From Chiloscyllium plagiosum (Eukaryota), in the NCBI RefSeq assembly GCF_004010195.1, contig NC_057718.1, forward strand, positions 95,514,235 through 95,578,234: a stretch of DNA of 64,000 nucleotides. Reading direction: 5' to 3'. The position numbers and the translations under genes were made by a program. Positions within the stretch are counted from its first letter, which is position 1. Every line of letters begins with the position of its first letter. This document shows positions 39,870-53,107 of this stretch, piece after piece. The notes beneath the pieces were generated by a model, which did no database searches, was not told the DNA's origin, and saw only the letters and a list, made by a program, of their open reading frames with translations.

Positions 39870-40870
39870 TATTTGGAACATGCATTCAATTCTGGTCTCC
39901 CAGCTATAGGAAAGATGTTGGGAAATGTGAAAGCTTTACAAGGAAGTTGCCGGCGCTGGAGGGTTTGAGCCAAAGGGAGAGGCTGAACAGGCTGGGACTA
40001 TCCTTGAAGTTTATAAAATCATGAGGGGGAATAGTGAATACAGTCATAGAGATGTACAGCATGGATACAGACCTTTCAGTCCAACTTGTCCACGCCGACC
40101 AGCTATCTTAACCTATTCTAGTTCCATTTACCAGCACTTGGCCTATATCCCTCTAAACCCTTCCTATTCATATACCCATCCAGATGCCTTTTAAATGCTG
40201 TAATTATACCAGCCTCCACCACTTCCTCTGACAACTCATTTCAGACACACACCACCCTGTGAGAAAATGTTGTCCCTTAGTTCCCTTTTAAGTCTTTCCC
40301 CTCTTACCCTAAACCTATGCCATTTAGTTCTGGTCTCCCCACCCCAGGAAAAATACCTTGTCTGTTTATTCTATCCATGCCCCTTATGATTTTATAAACT
40401 CTATAAGGTTGCCCCTCAGCTTCCGATGCTCCAGGGTAAACAGCTCCAACCTATTCAGCCTCTCTCTATAGCTCAAATCCTCCAACCCTGGCACCATCCT
40501 TGTACGTCTTTTCTGAACCCTTTCGAGTTTCACAACATCCTTCCAATAGGAAGGAGACCACAATTGCACTTTTCCCAGGGTAGGTGGGTCTAAAACTAGA
40601 GGGAGTAAGTTTAAAGTAAGAGGAGAAAGATTTAAAAGAGGCCTAAGGCCTAATGTTTTTATGCAGAGGTTGGTGTGTGTGTGGAATGAGTTGCCAGAGG
40701 AAGTGGTAGATGCAGGTACAGTTACAGTTTTTAACAGGCATTTGGATGCATAAATAAATAGGAAGGGTTTAGAGGGATATTGGTCAAATGGGACTGGATT
40801 GATTTAGGATATCTGGTCAGCATGAGCAAGTTGAACTGAAGAGTCTGTTTCAGTGCTGTACAAGTCTGCA
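39870..40870 (+). mobile_element. CR1-like 3' fragment interrupted by an opposite-strand CR1 3' fragment (about 40043-40570)
   Basis: QFWSP.YRKDV on +, QLWSPSYWKDVVKLERVQKR on -; the + copy resumes after 40570. Confidence 0.8.
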
Positions 40871-40899
40871 TCAGCTCTCCTCAGCATCCCACTCAGACT

Positions 40900-41596
40900 C
40901 AGACCCCCAGTCTATTCCTGTAAACCCATATGGCAATTCCACCTTTTCTGCACATCCCTGGAGACAATGGGCAATTTAGCATGGCCAATCCATCTAACCT
41001 TACGCATCTTTGGATTGTGGCAGGAAACTGGGGCACCGGGAGGAAATCCACACAAACGCAGGCAGACCATCGCCTGAGAATGAAATCAAACCCTGGTCCC
41101 TGGCACTGAGGGGTAGCATGTGCTAACCACTGAGCCACCATGCTGCCCCACAAATATAGATAGATTAATTTCTTTAATTGTTCAGTAAAATAACAGCTGC
41201 AATTTTCCAGGGAATTTAGCGGGGCGTGGCCGTGGGCTCTGTTGTTGGAAACACCACACATTCATTAAGTGACCGCACTTCAAAAAGCTGCCTCATTGAT
41301 TGTAAACATCTTTGGGACGTTCTAAGCTTGTGAAAAGTGCTATGTAAATGAGAGTGTCTCTTTCTTAACGTACACATTCCTGAACAGTATGGGCAATTTT
41401 TGCATTGCCAATCGACCTGACCTGACCTGCACATCTTTGGACTGTGGGAGGATACCAGAGCACCCGGAGGAAACCCACGCAGACACGGGGAGAATGTGCT
41501 AACTCCACACGGACAGTCACCCGAGGCTGGAATCGAACCCAGTTCCCTGGCACTGTGAGGCAGCAGTACTAACCACTGAGCCACCGTGCTGCCCCA
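40900..41596 (-). mobile_element. Two V-SINE/HE1-like copies (40900-41148, 41370-41596) flanking an older L2-tailed SINE remnant on + (about 41200-41368)
   Basis: SINE consensus; middle part has the tail tgtaaacatctttgggacgt..gtgaaaagtgctatgtaaatg. Confidence 0.7.
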
Positions 41597-42016
41597 ATTA
41601 CTCATCTTGGGTAAGAGCAAATGTAAGAAAAAGTCACAGTTGAAGACCACTGTAACACACTGAATAGCAGCAAGGCCCTGAGAGTCACAACGCAGCCTTG
41701 ATACCAAGGGCAACATTAGACTAGTTCTGAAGAAGGGTCACTGAACTCAAAACGTTAATTCTGCTTTCTCTCCACCGATGCTATCAGACGTTAGGTTCAA
41801 GAGTAGCAGAAGTCTGATAGAATAAGAGTATTTAAACTGACCTGCAAATGAGTGAGAAATCTTTGAGAGGAAATACACCTGGACCAAATATTAAGTTCAA
41901 CACCTTCAGATTGTGATCTCACTCCCATTCCTTCCCTTTCTTTGAGGTTTATTTGTTATTTTCTCTGTCACCCCATGTCCTCTCTCCCCACTCCAGTGGG
42001 ACTGACTGTTCTTTCC

Positions 42017-42139
42017 AGGAGAAAGTGAGGACTGCAGATCAGAGTCAAGAGTGTGGTGCTGGAAAAGCACAGCAGGGAAGGCAGCATCCGAGGAGCAGGA
42101 GAGTCGACCTTCCGGGCATAAGCCCTTCAACAGGAATGG
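42017..42139 (-). mobile_element. Short PLE terminal-repeat insertion inside an older PLE tail
   Basis: 10-bp TSD tgttctttcc (42007-16, 42140-49); degenerate hammerhead motif on minus. Confidence 0.75.
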
Positions 42140-42649
42140 TGTTCTTTCCGGTCTGGCAGTTAGACACACTGTTGTTCTGCCATTCTCACATTCCGATCAC
42201 TTAACAGGCACTATCTATACCCTTTCTCCTCAGCACTCCACACCCCACCTGTTGCATAAATGCTGCCCCCCACCACATTTCACATCTGCTCCGAAGAGTC
42301 ATCTAGACTCAAAACTTTACCTTGTTCCTTCTCTCCAAGAATTCTGCCTGACCCGCTGTGTTTTCCGGCACTTCTTGTTTTCAGTACAGATTCCAGCATC
42401 TGCAGTCATTTGCTCCGAAATACAAAACTGATTCAGGTGCCCAGATTCAAACCTAACAATCATTATCAGATAAGCTGAACTATGTTGAATGGTCATGGCT
42501 TTGCTAGAATTGACCTTGAACCATTACTCGAATTACTGTGAAGCAATGTTCAAAGCATATTAACATGATTAGAATTGGGAATAATGGTAAAAAGACAATA
42601 GCAATCTATTAATTGGTAAAGCATCATTTAGAATTGTTTAGATAAGATG

Positions 42650-45644
42650 GATTCTCAGGGGAACGTAGTACAAACAGCCAAGTTTCTGGTATTGAGACTG
42701 GCTCTAATGCAATGAGGGGTACATCGGGTTCCAAGAGGTCGATTGTGTTAGGGGACTCCCTAGTCTGGGGTACAGACAGATGTTTCTGTGGCCAGCAGCA
42801 AAAAAAACGGAATGGTGTGTTGCTTCCCTGGTGCCAGGATCAAGGATGTCTCAGAGAGGGGCCAGCAGGATGTCATTGTCCACATTGGAACCAACGATAT
42901 AGGAAGGGAAAAGGTTGAAATTCTGAAGGGAGGTTACAGAGACTTAAGCAGGAATTTAAAAAGGAGGTCCTTGAGAGTAGTAATATCTGGATTACTCCCG
43001 GTGCTATTAGCTAGTGAGGGCAGGAATAGGAGGATAGAACAGATGAATGGCTGAGGAGCTGGTGTATGGGAGAAGGATTCACATTTTTGGACCATTGGAA
43101 TCTCTTTTGGGGTAGAAGTGACCTGTACAAGAAGGACGGATTGTACCTAAATTGGAAGGGGCTTAATGTTCCAGGATACAAATACTACAGGAAGGACAGA
43201 AAAGGAGGCAAGAGAGGAGGGGGAATGGCGTTTTTGATGGGGGACAGCATTACAGCTGTGCTGAGGGAGGATATTCCTGGAAATACATCCAGGGAAGTTA
43301 TTTGGGTGGAACTGAGAAATATGAAAGTGATGATCACCTTATTGGGATTGTATTGTAGACCCCCTAATAGAGGGAAATTGAGACACAAATTTGCATGGAG
43401 ATTTCAGTTATCTGTAAGAATAATAGGGTGATTATGATAGGGGATTTTAACTTTCCAAACATAGACTAGTATTGCCATAGTGCTAAGGTTTAGATGGAGA
43501 GGAATTTGTAAAGTGTGTACAAGAAAATTTTCTGATTCAGCATGTGGATGTACCTACTCGAGAAGGTGCAAAACTTGACCTACTCTTGGGAAATAAGGCA
43601 GGGCAGGTGACTGAGGTATCTGTCGGGGAGCACTTTCGGGCCAGCGACCATAATTCTATTAGTTTTAAAATAGTGATGGAAAAAGGATAGACCAGATTTA
43701 AAAGTTGAAGTTCTAAATTGGAGAAAGGCCAATTTTGACAGTATTAGGCAAGAACTTTCAAAAGCTGATTGGGGATAGATGTTTTCAGGTAAAGGGACGG
43801 CTGGAAAATGGGAAGCCTTCAGAAATGAGATAATGAGAGTCTATAGAAAATGCATTCCAGTTAGTGTGAAAGGAAAGACTGGTAGGTGTAGGGAATGCTG
43901 GATGACTAAAGCAATTGAAGGTTTGGTGAAGAAAAAGAAGAAAACAAATGTCAGATATAGATAGATCAAGTGAATCCTTAGAAGAGTATAAAGGCAGTAG
44001 GAGTACACTGAAGAGAGGAATCAGGAGGACAAAAAAGGGACATGAGATAGCTTCAGGAAATAGGGTTAAGGAGAATCCAAAGGGTTTTTATTAAGGACAA
44101 AAGGGTAACTAGGGAGCAAATAGGGCCCCTCAAAGATCAGCAAGGTGGCCTTTGTGTGGAGCTGCAGGAGAGGGGGGAGATACTAAATGAGTATTTTGCA
44201 TCCGTGTTTCTAGTGGAAAAGGTCATGGAAGATATAGAATGGAGGGAAATAGATGGTGACATCTTGAACAGTGTCCATATTACAGAGGAGGAAGTGCTGG
44301 ATGTCTTGAAACGCAAAAAAGTGGATAAATCCCCAGGACCTGATCAGGTCACCCGAGAACTCTGTGGGAAGCTAGAGAAGTGATTACTGGGCTTCTTGCT
44401 GAGATATTTGTATCATCGTTAGTTACAGGTGGGTGCCAGAAGACTGGAGGTTGGCTAACGTGGTGCCACTGTTTTAAAAATGTGGTAAGGACAAGCCAGG
44501 GAACTATAGACCAGTGAGCCTGACCTCGGTGGTGGGCAAGTTGTTGGAGGGAATCCTGAGGAACAGGATGTACATGTATTTGGAAAGGCAAAGACTGATT
44601 CAGGATAGTCAACAAGGCTTTGTGCATGGGAAATCATATCTCAAACTTGACTGAGTTTTTTGAAGAAGTAACAAAGAGGATTGATGAGGGCAGAGCGGTA
44701 GACGTGATCTGTATGGACTGTAGTAAGGCATTCGACAAGGTTCCCCATGGGAGACTGATTAGCAAGGTTAGATCTCATTGAATGCAGGGAGAACTAGCCA
44801 TTTTGATACAGAACTGGCTCAAAGGTAGAAGACAGAGAGTAGTGGTGGAGGGTTGTTTTTCAGACTGGAGGCCTCTGACCAGTGGAGTGTCAGAAGGATT
44901 GGTGCTGGGTCCTCTACTTTTCGTCATTTATATGAATGATTTGGATGTGAGCATAAGACGTATCGTTAGTAAGTTTGCAGATGACACCAAAATTGGAGGT
45001 GTAGTGGACAGTGAAGAGGGTTACCTCAGATTACAACAGGATCTGGACCAGATGGGCCAATGGGCTGAGAAGTGGCAGATGGAGTTTAATTCAGATAAAT
45101 GCGAGGTGCCGCAGTTTGGGAAAGCAAATCTTAGCAGGACTTATACACTTNNNNNNNNNNNNNNNNNNNNNNNNNNNNNNNNNNNNNNNNNNNNNNNNNN
45201 NNNNNNNNNNNNNNNNNNNNNNNNNNNNNNNNNNNNNNNNNNNNNNNNNNNNNNNNNNNNNNNNNNNNNNNNNNNNNNNNNNNNNNNNNNNNNNNNNNNN
45301 NNNNNNNNNNNNNNNNNNNNNNNNNNNNNNNNNNNNNNNNNNNNNNNNAGAACTGGAGGGCATAGGTTTAGGGTGAGTGGGGAAAGATATAAAAGAGACC
45401 TAAGGGGCAACATTTTCAAGCAGAGGGTGGTATGTGTATGGAATGAGCTGCCAGAGGATGTGGTGGAGCCTGGTACAATTGCAACATTTAAGAGGCATCT
45501 GGTTGGTTATATGAATAGGAAGGGTTTGGAGGGATATGGGCCAGGTGCTGGGAGGTGGGACTAGATTGGGTTGGGATATCTGGTCAGCATGGACAAGTGG
45601 ACCGAAGGGTCTGTTTCCATGCTGTACATCTCTGTGACTCTATG
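42650..45644 (+). mobile_element. CR1/HER1-like LINE with ORF1 SGNH-esterase remnant, APE endonuclease and RT (frameshifted, internally deleted)
   Basis: IVLGDSLV..CCFPGARIKDV..VIVHIGTNDIG..DGLYLN (esterase); RKDRKGGKRGGG (EN); YRPVSLTSVVGK, LGPLLFVIYMNDLD..SKFADDTKIGG (RT). Confidence 0.92.
45151..45348. other. Assembly gap (198 N) inside the CR1 element
   Basis: Run of N. Confidence 1.
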
Positions 45645-47637
45645 AAGAACCTTCATAAAGGTGAAGCAGAGCATGCGTGACCTTTAGCCTGGGGCAAGAT
45701 TTAAGGTACCCCAGAATCAAAGACGTGAAACATGTCTAGGTGTATGGGTATACTTTCTAAAGCAAAACGCTTCTACTAATGTAATATTTCTCTTCAAACT
45801 TACACAGTAATTAATGGAAAATCTGCAGTTTCCATCTATTGCACAATTAAATAATAGGAAATAGACTTGTAATCATAATTGCTACACTTCAACTTGCAGT
45901 GTGGGTAAGGGGAGACTGTGAAACAGCCACTTGAAGTAAGAAAAATTAATTGGGTTAAATTATCCTTTCTGGAAAGACAATGTAACAGCAGCAGAAACTA
46001 TTGTAGACAACTGCAGTATTTGGGATTGATGGACTTGGGTTTCAAAGCAAGCAAGACATGACTTTCAAACACTGGGGTGTGGAAATATTTTCCAAGAATA
46101 AAAAGCTTAGTTTAATTATAAGTTTCTTTCAATCCTGTCTGCAGGTGATAAACAGAAAAGCTGCAAACTTTGGCCAGAAATTTAAGTTGGAGTCTCATCA
46201 CTCCGTTTTCTATCAGAAAACCACCTAAATACTGTTTTCACTTCCACAAGCATAGCATTTAATTACTCAAACATTTACTGAGGTTCATATTTTATTTCAT
46301 GCGGTTTATAACATTGAAAAGACTCATAAAATGCATTATCTATAATTCCAAAGAAGAATGTGGTTTTGAACCAAACATATTTTCAAACTTGTCACTTCTT
46401 TCAAAAATTCAGAAGATGATTGCAACTCCACAGACACAACATAATTACTTACCACGGTGCAGCTTTTAAGTTTAGGTTATATTCCAGTGAAACATTTATA
46501 AACTGGCATTCGGACATTATTGCCTGAACTATCTGCAGAAATAGCTGAAATCTTTTCTTACAATGAGTCAAATATATGGGTCTAAAGTGCACTCTTTGTT
46601 TCCGCAATTCATGGAAACATAGTTCCACCCAATCTGCAAAATCTGTTTTAATCAAATACACAGTATAACAACGCAGAATATGTTAACAGTTCAACTGAAG
46701 AGACAATGCTCCATGATGTAAATGGAATCACACAATTGTTACGGTGCAGAAGGAGGTGATTTGGATCATTGTGCCGGAGCTACACATTTCCTGCTGTTAG
46801 CCTGTAAACCTGCACACTGTCTAAATCCTTTTGGATTTTTTGATTGAGTCTCCCACTGCCCCACCCTCTAACAGTGCATTCGTAACCACTTGAAGTTGTT
46901 TCTCCTCAAAGCACTTTTTCCTATTTTTACCAATTCCCAATGTTACTAATTTGTGCCTCTAGTCCTTGATCCTTTTGCAATTAGGAAAATGTGCTCCCTA
47001 TTTATTCTGTGCAGACCTCTCTTGATTTTGAATACATAACTTTTTCTTTATTTGTTCATGGGATGTGGGACATTGCAGGTTAGGTCAATGCTTACTGCCA
47101 ATCCCCAGTTGTCCAGATGGCAGTAAAAAGTCAATCTCATTGCTGTTGGTCTGGAGTCACTTGTAGGCCAGACCAGATAATTAAGGCAGATTTTCTCCCC
47201 TAAAGGGCATTGGTAACCTGGGTTCTCACAACAACTCTTGGTGGTTACTATGTGTTTTATTCCAGATGCTTGCTGAATTCAAATTTCATAATTTGCCATG
47301 TTAAGATTTGAACCCATGTTGTCAGCTATCAGCCTGTGTTTATGAATTACTAGTCCAGTGATGTTATCACCTCATCCCTGGAATAATTCTCATAAACCTC
47401 TTCTGCACTCTCTCCAATGTCTTTATGTCCTTCCTGAAATGTGGTATCAGAACTGGACACTATACTCTTGCTAAGGCCAAACTTGTGTCTGATACAATTT
47501 CAACATAACTTCCTTGCGCTTGTATTCCATGCCTCTATTAATAAAAACGAGGGCACTGTATACTTTAGTTGCTCTCTCACACCCGGTCTGCCACCTTTAA
47601 TGCATCATGTATGGTCCCAAGTTCCTGTACTCCTGCA

Positions 47638-47883
47638 GGAGAAAGTGAGGACTGCAGATGCTGTAGATCAGAGCTGAAAATGTGTTGCTGGAAAAGCGCA
47701 GCAGGTCAGGCAGCATCCAAGGAGCAGGAGAATCGACATTTCGGGCATGAGCCCTTCTTCAGTTCCCTGAAGAACGTCTCATGCTTCAGTTCCCTGAAGA
47801 AGGGCTCATGCCCGAAACGTCGATTCTCCTGCTCCTTGGATGCTGCCTGACCTGCTGCGCTTTTCCAGCAACACATTATCAGC
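47638..47883. mobile_element. Young fold-back PLE-derived non-autonomous element
   Basis: 14-bp TSD cctgtactcctgca (47624-37, 47884-97); 90-bp inverted arms 47673-47762 / 47794-47883 with 2 mismatches. Confidence 0.9.
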
Positions 47884-47924
47884 CCTGTACTCCTGCACAC
47901 CATTTAAAATTGTACCCTCTAACT

Positions 47925-48255
47925 TCTGGTGTTACAGTAGTTAGCACTGCTGCCTCACAGTGCCAGGGACCTGGGGTTCAATTCCAACCTTGGGCGACTG
48001 TCTGTATGGAGTTTACACATTCTCCCTGTGTCTGCGTGGGTTTCCTCCCACAATCCAAAGATGTGCAGGTTAGGTGGATTGGCCAGGCTAAATTGCCCAT
48101 AGTGTTCAGGGATGTGTAGGTTAGGTGCATTAGTCAGGGATAAATGTAAAGTAATAGGGTGGGGGAATGGGTCTGGCTGGGTAACTATTCGGAGAGTTAG
48201 TTTGGACTTGTTGGGCCAAAGGGCCTGTTTCTACACTGTCGGAATTCTATGTTGT
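47925..48255 (+). mobile_element. V-SINE/HE1-like SINE
   Basis: SINE consensus. Confidence 0.8.
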
Positions 48256-49460
48256 AGCTGATATTCTGTCTTCATCTTCCCACCAAAATGTATCACATTT
48301 CTCTTCATGTCGTAGGCTGTGGACGGGTCAGTGGGATTAATGTAGTTTAGTGTTTGTTAGTCAGCATAGACATGGTGGACTGAAGGACTTGTTTCTGTGC
48401 TGTCAGACTCTTGACTTTATTACTCTATCTGCCACCCCACCAACGTGTCTATGCTAGCTTTTGCAAATATATTACAAAGCTGTGGATCATTAGTAGATGA
48501 CAGAAAAAGCAAGACTCCCTAGCATTGACCTCTGGGGAGCTCTGCTACAAACCTCCCCCTACCTATTAACCTTTAATCTCTCTTCCCTGCCACTCAGACA
48601 ATTTTGTATCACACTATTGCCACTATCTCTTTTATTCCGCGAGCTCTAACTTTGCTCACAGGTCTGTTGTGTTTCACTGGACCCAGTGCCTTCTAGCTAT
48701 CCGTGCAGACAACAGCATTGGCCTGATCAGCCCATACTGTTTCTCTTTAAACAAACTCCAGAAACCTGATTTTCCCTGAAGAAATCCATGTTGGCTCTCC
48801 CTTAATAATTTTCACTTTTCCATTTGACTTAATTTTATCCCAAATTATTATTCTTTGAGGTTACCCAACTGGTACCTTGTCAGTTTCAAAAACCAGACAG
48901 CCTATCTGCATTCTACATGCCAGTGTCCACTAATCATCTTAATAGGAGCCAAGCATGGTACATGGAATTCCCAGTATGTGACATTTACAGCAACTTAACA
49001 AACTAAAGTTTTTTTTTACATTTGTTTACATGATGTGGGTATGGCTGGGGGCAAGGCCACTATTTAGTGCCTAGTCCTGATGGCCAGAGGGCAGTTTTAA
49101 GAGTCTGGAGTCATGTGTAAAGCAGACCGGGTAAGGACAGCAGGTTCCAGTATTAGTGAATCAGACGGGCTTTTAACGACAATGAACAATTGCCAATGGC
49201 AAGCTTTTTATTCCAGATAACTGTTGCATTTGAATGTCACCGTCTGCATGTTGAGATTTGAATCCACATCCCCAGAACACAAACCTGAGGTGTGGATTAT
49301 CAGTCCCGTGGCATTAACACTGCCCTTTTATTGATAGGATCCCTTTTCATGGCAGCCCGAGGGGAAACCGGTTCCTTTAACTTGAAGAAAAACATCCACA
49401 TATCCACTAATTAGGGGCGGGAGTGATCGTTATTAATTAAACAATTTCCACACACTCAGA

Positions 49461-49581
49461 AAGGCTCTTGTGGTGCAGTGGTGGTGCCCCTACTTTTGAG
49501 GCTGGAGACCTTTGTTCAGGTTCCACCTTCTCAAGAGGCATGTAATTACATCTCTAAACAGGTTGGTTAGAAAATATCTTA
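49461..49581 (+). mobile_element. Short (about 120 bp) tRNA-derived SINE
   Basis: 11-bp TSD acacactcaga; A-box tggtgcagtgg; related copy on - at about 2155-2265. Confidence 0.7.
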
Positions 49582-50044
49582 ACACACTCAGATTGTTGGA
49601 CAGTCACCACATAGAGGTCCCTACTTTCCAGCAGGATACCAAGACTGCACTATATCAAAGCAAGGTTTAATGAATAGGTGACACTGCCCTCCCTACTTGG
49701 GCCACTGGTGATGAGCATCATCATGCCGGTCAGAGATTTATCTCTGGATATAAAGACTGTTTATAAATTATTAAGAACCTGCATTCTGGCCCTAATCAGC
49801 AGACCTCTTACAGAGTAGGCCTTATATTCGATTTTTAAAACATACTCCTATGTCATTCAGACCCCACTTCGATCACTTGTTGGCCTAGAAACAGAATATT
49901 AGAGGTAAAGGGACCATTTTTAACTTTGATTCGGAGATTTCTGAGATGAATGTATCTATTTTACTCAGTCACCTTTCTATCATTGTGCAAAAGATGACCT
50001 TAAAATGGTGGACATGGAGCTGGTATTCTATCAACATCAACGTT

Positions 50045-50362
50045 TAGATTAGATTCCCTACAGTGTGGAAACAGGCCCTTTGGCCCAACAAATCCACACC
50101 GACCCTCCGAAGAGCAACCCACCCATACCCATTCCCCTGCATTTACCCCTGACTAATGCACCTAACACTACAGGCAATTTAGCATGGCCAATTCACCTAA
50201 CCTACATGTCTTTGGATTATGGGTGGAAACCGAAGCACCTGGAGGAAACCCACGCAGACACAGGGAGAATGTGCAAACTCCACACAGACAGTTGCCTGAG
50301 GTGGGAATTGAACTTGGGTCCCTGGCGCTGTGAGGCAGCAGTGCTGACCACCGAGCCACCGT
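50045..50362 (-). mobile_element. V-SINE/HE1-like SINE
   Basis: Reverse-complement SINE consensus. Confidence 0.85.
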
Positions 50363-50712
50363 ATCTCTCCTAGAAGTAAGGATTGACCTCCTAGCCATTG
50401 TTGCTGACCATCTATCTCATTCAGGTTTTTGTTCCTCTTCATTGTGTTTTCCTACATAATCGCAGGTTCTGCTTTTTCGAAGTACTCCAGTTTCTATGAG
50501 GTAGGATAATACTGTCTGGACTTCATTGTCAAGTTAAGCAAACACACATGAACCAAACAGAGAGCAGCATGGCAACTTTAGTGATCTAGAAAATTTATAG
50601 AAGCATTATATTTTCAGTTACCTTAATTCATTCGATACTCCCAGTTTTCAGAGAGTGCATTTTGACCCCAAGATATCAGATCGTGTCTATTTTGAATAAA
50701 ATATCATAATAA

Positions 50713-51015
50713 GGGCGGCATGGTGGTTCAGTGGTTAGCACTGCTGCCTCACAGCATTAGGGACCCGGGTTCGATTCCAGCCTTGGGCGACTGTCTGTGT
50801 GGAGTTTGCACATTCTGCCCGTGTCTGCGTGGGTTTCCTCTGGGTGCTCCGGTCCAAAGATGTGCAGATCAGGTGAATTGGCCATGCTAAATTCCCTGTC
50901 GTGTTAGGTACATTAGTCAGAGGAAAATGGGTCTGGGTGGGTTACTCTTCAGAGGGTTGGTGTGGACTGGTTGGGCTGAAGGATCTGTTTCCACACTGTA
51001 GAGAATCTAATCTAA
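50713..51015 (+). mobile_element. V-SINE/HE1-like SINE
   Basis: SINE consensus; forms an inverted pair with 50045-50362. Confidence 0.85.
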
Positions 51016-51163
51016 AAAAAATAAACTACAACTGAGCAAGGTTTGTACCTATCCATCAAAAATATTTAGATGTTATGCAAGTGATTGTGAGAAGACACCT
51101 CCATTTAAAACAAAAACAGTTGAACAGGTTATTAAAATTATACAAAATAATGAGACTTCTTAC

Positions 51164-51295
51164 CAAAATTTTGTCAATTTTTCCACCTTCAAGTGTCACC
51201 TCCAGACTGGCAAGGGCAGCTTCCACCTCATCTTCATCTTGCTCATTAGTGAAGTCTTGTGGTTCCGACAATTGTGATAGCTTGCTTATATGATA
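51164..51295 (-). CDS. FERMT1: FERMT1 exon 8
   Basis: gtttcAG / GTAAGA; 132 bp; [44 protein letters not shown]. Confidence 0.96.
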
Positions 51296-51339
51296 CTGAA
51301 ACAATTTTTTAAACATTTAAGATGTGATGTTTACCAAAC

Positions 51340-51765
51340 TGATCATAGTTAAGTGTGTTTTTTTTTTGGAAAGGACTCCACTAAGGTATCTAAAGAAAGA
51401 CACACTAGCATTGTACACAATTCAGAGAAGGTTCACAAGGGTGGTACCACATAAGGAGAGACTGCTTTATGAGGAAAGGTTGAGTAGGATGGATATGTAC
51501 TCGTTGGAATTTAGAAGAATGACAGACAAACTTGTTGAAAAATGCAGAACTCTCAGGGGACTTGATAGGATAGATGTGGAAAGGTTGTTTCCCATTGAGA
51601 GACATTTTAGGATCGAGGGGCATAATCTCAGAATAAGGGACTGCACATTTAAGAGAGAGGTGAGGAGGACTTGCTTCTGTGAGGGTAGTGAATCTGTGGA
51701 ATTCTTTACAACAGAGAGCTGTCGAAGATGTGTTGTTGCATTAATCCAAGGCTGTTATCCCTTTT
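51340..51765 (+). mobile_element. Old CR1-like LINE 3' fragment
   Basis: IQRRFTRVVP..LYEERLSRMDMYSLEFRRM. Confidence 0.75.
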
Positions 51766-52184
51766 AAAAAAAAACTGTCAAAACAGTGCTCATGTGAAAT
51801 TGTATGAATGAATGAACAGGAACCTGTATCAATGAATATAGCAAGCTGGTAAAGATAACCTAGAACACAATATCTCACAATGAATAAAAGTTTCTTTCTG
51901 TATCAAGTGTGTATAAATGAAGGCTCTTTTTATAAACTTATTTTTGTCACCTCCGTTTGGCTCCTGACATCAGCCCCACCAGACAATATTGAGTGTATAG
52001 CAACGGAGATGGCATGAGGGATGAGAGGAGGTAGGGAATGAACGAGGGCTGTGAAGTGGCATGAATTTGGGTGAGAGAGTGCCTAATAGCTTTTAACAAA
52101 ACTGGGTCAAAATCTCAAGAACCTTTCTCAGCATTCTCACCTTCATGGCCATCTCTGAACTACTGCACTACCTCTGCAGGTAGC

Positions 52185-52470
52185 AGGCTCCTTCCAGCTC
52201 AGCACCATCCTCATGACCTGTCCTATCTGCCTATCTTTCTTTCCACCTATCCACTCCACCCTCCTCTCTGACCTATCACCTTCAGCCCCAACCCCATCCA
52301 CCTACTGTACTCTTTGATACCTTCTCCCCAGCCCCATGCCCTCCCATTTATCTCTCCACCCCAGAGGCTCCCTGCCTTCATTACTGTTGATGGGCTTTTG
52401 CCCGAAATGTCGATTTTCTTGCTCCTCAGATGCTGCCTGATCTGTTGTGCTTTTCCAACACCACTCTTAT
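52185..52470 (+). mobile_element. PLE 3' terminal repeat fragment
   Basis: Pyrimidine-rich tail then ctgttgatgggcttttgcccgaaatgtcg..gatgctgcctga, as at 1693-1865. Confidence 0.75.
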
Positions 52471-52999
52471 CTGGACAAAATTGAACCATGCCAACTCCAA
52501 GCATGACCAACCTACACCCCTCCCCAGAATGAAAATAATGCAGAGGTGGGGTTACTGCCAAGGAGACGGTTTTGCTCGATCAACTTGAGATTCCCCCTCA
52601 CCCTGTGGTGCAAATCTAGCCCATTAGCTCCACAGACACTGCCTGAGCGATTGAGTATTTCCAGAATCCTCTTGTATTTCTTTAATTCTTCATGGTTATT
52701 TCTGTTTTCACTGGCAGCATCATATCAAAATTCAGCCACCATGTCCTTTCAGCATTTTCTGATTATTGCTCTTCATTTTTTAATGAATTGCATCAGCAAT
52801 GAATGCATAAGGATTGAAAATCCAAGACAATTGAAGATTTTTTTTCTAATTTAGAATATGAGCTGAGAATGCCAGATGTGATCGAAGTATGTTCTGCCGG
52901 AGACCTGTATGTTATCTAGACGTCTGTCGGGACATGTTCTTCCCCCCTTGTTGAAACAGGTTTTTGTAGCAACAGTTGGCTTTAAACAATTACATTTAC

Positions 53000-53107
53000 C
53001 TGCAGTGCTGCAAATATTAACATTTCTTCCTCAGTGCAATCAATTTCCTCCAGCAGAATTGCCCACCGTGCTTGCTCATACAGCTGGTTTATCCGGACTG
53101 CATCATA
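53000..53107 (-). CDS. FERMT1: FERMT1 exon 7
   Basis: acgcAG / GTAAAT; 108 bp; [36 protein letters not shown], the kindlin-1 sequence. Confidence 0.97.

Noticed and set aside
44782..45564. 260-aa RT ORF as an active retroelement gene
   Set aside because: It spans the N gap, and the rest of the element has stops, frameshifts and an internal deletion.
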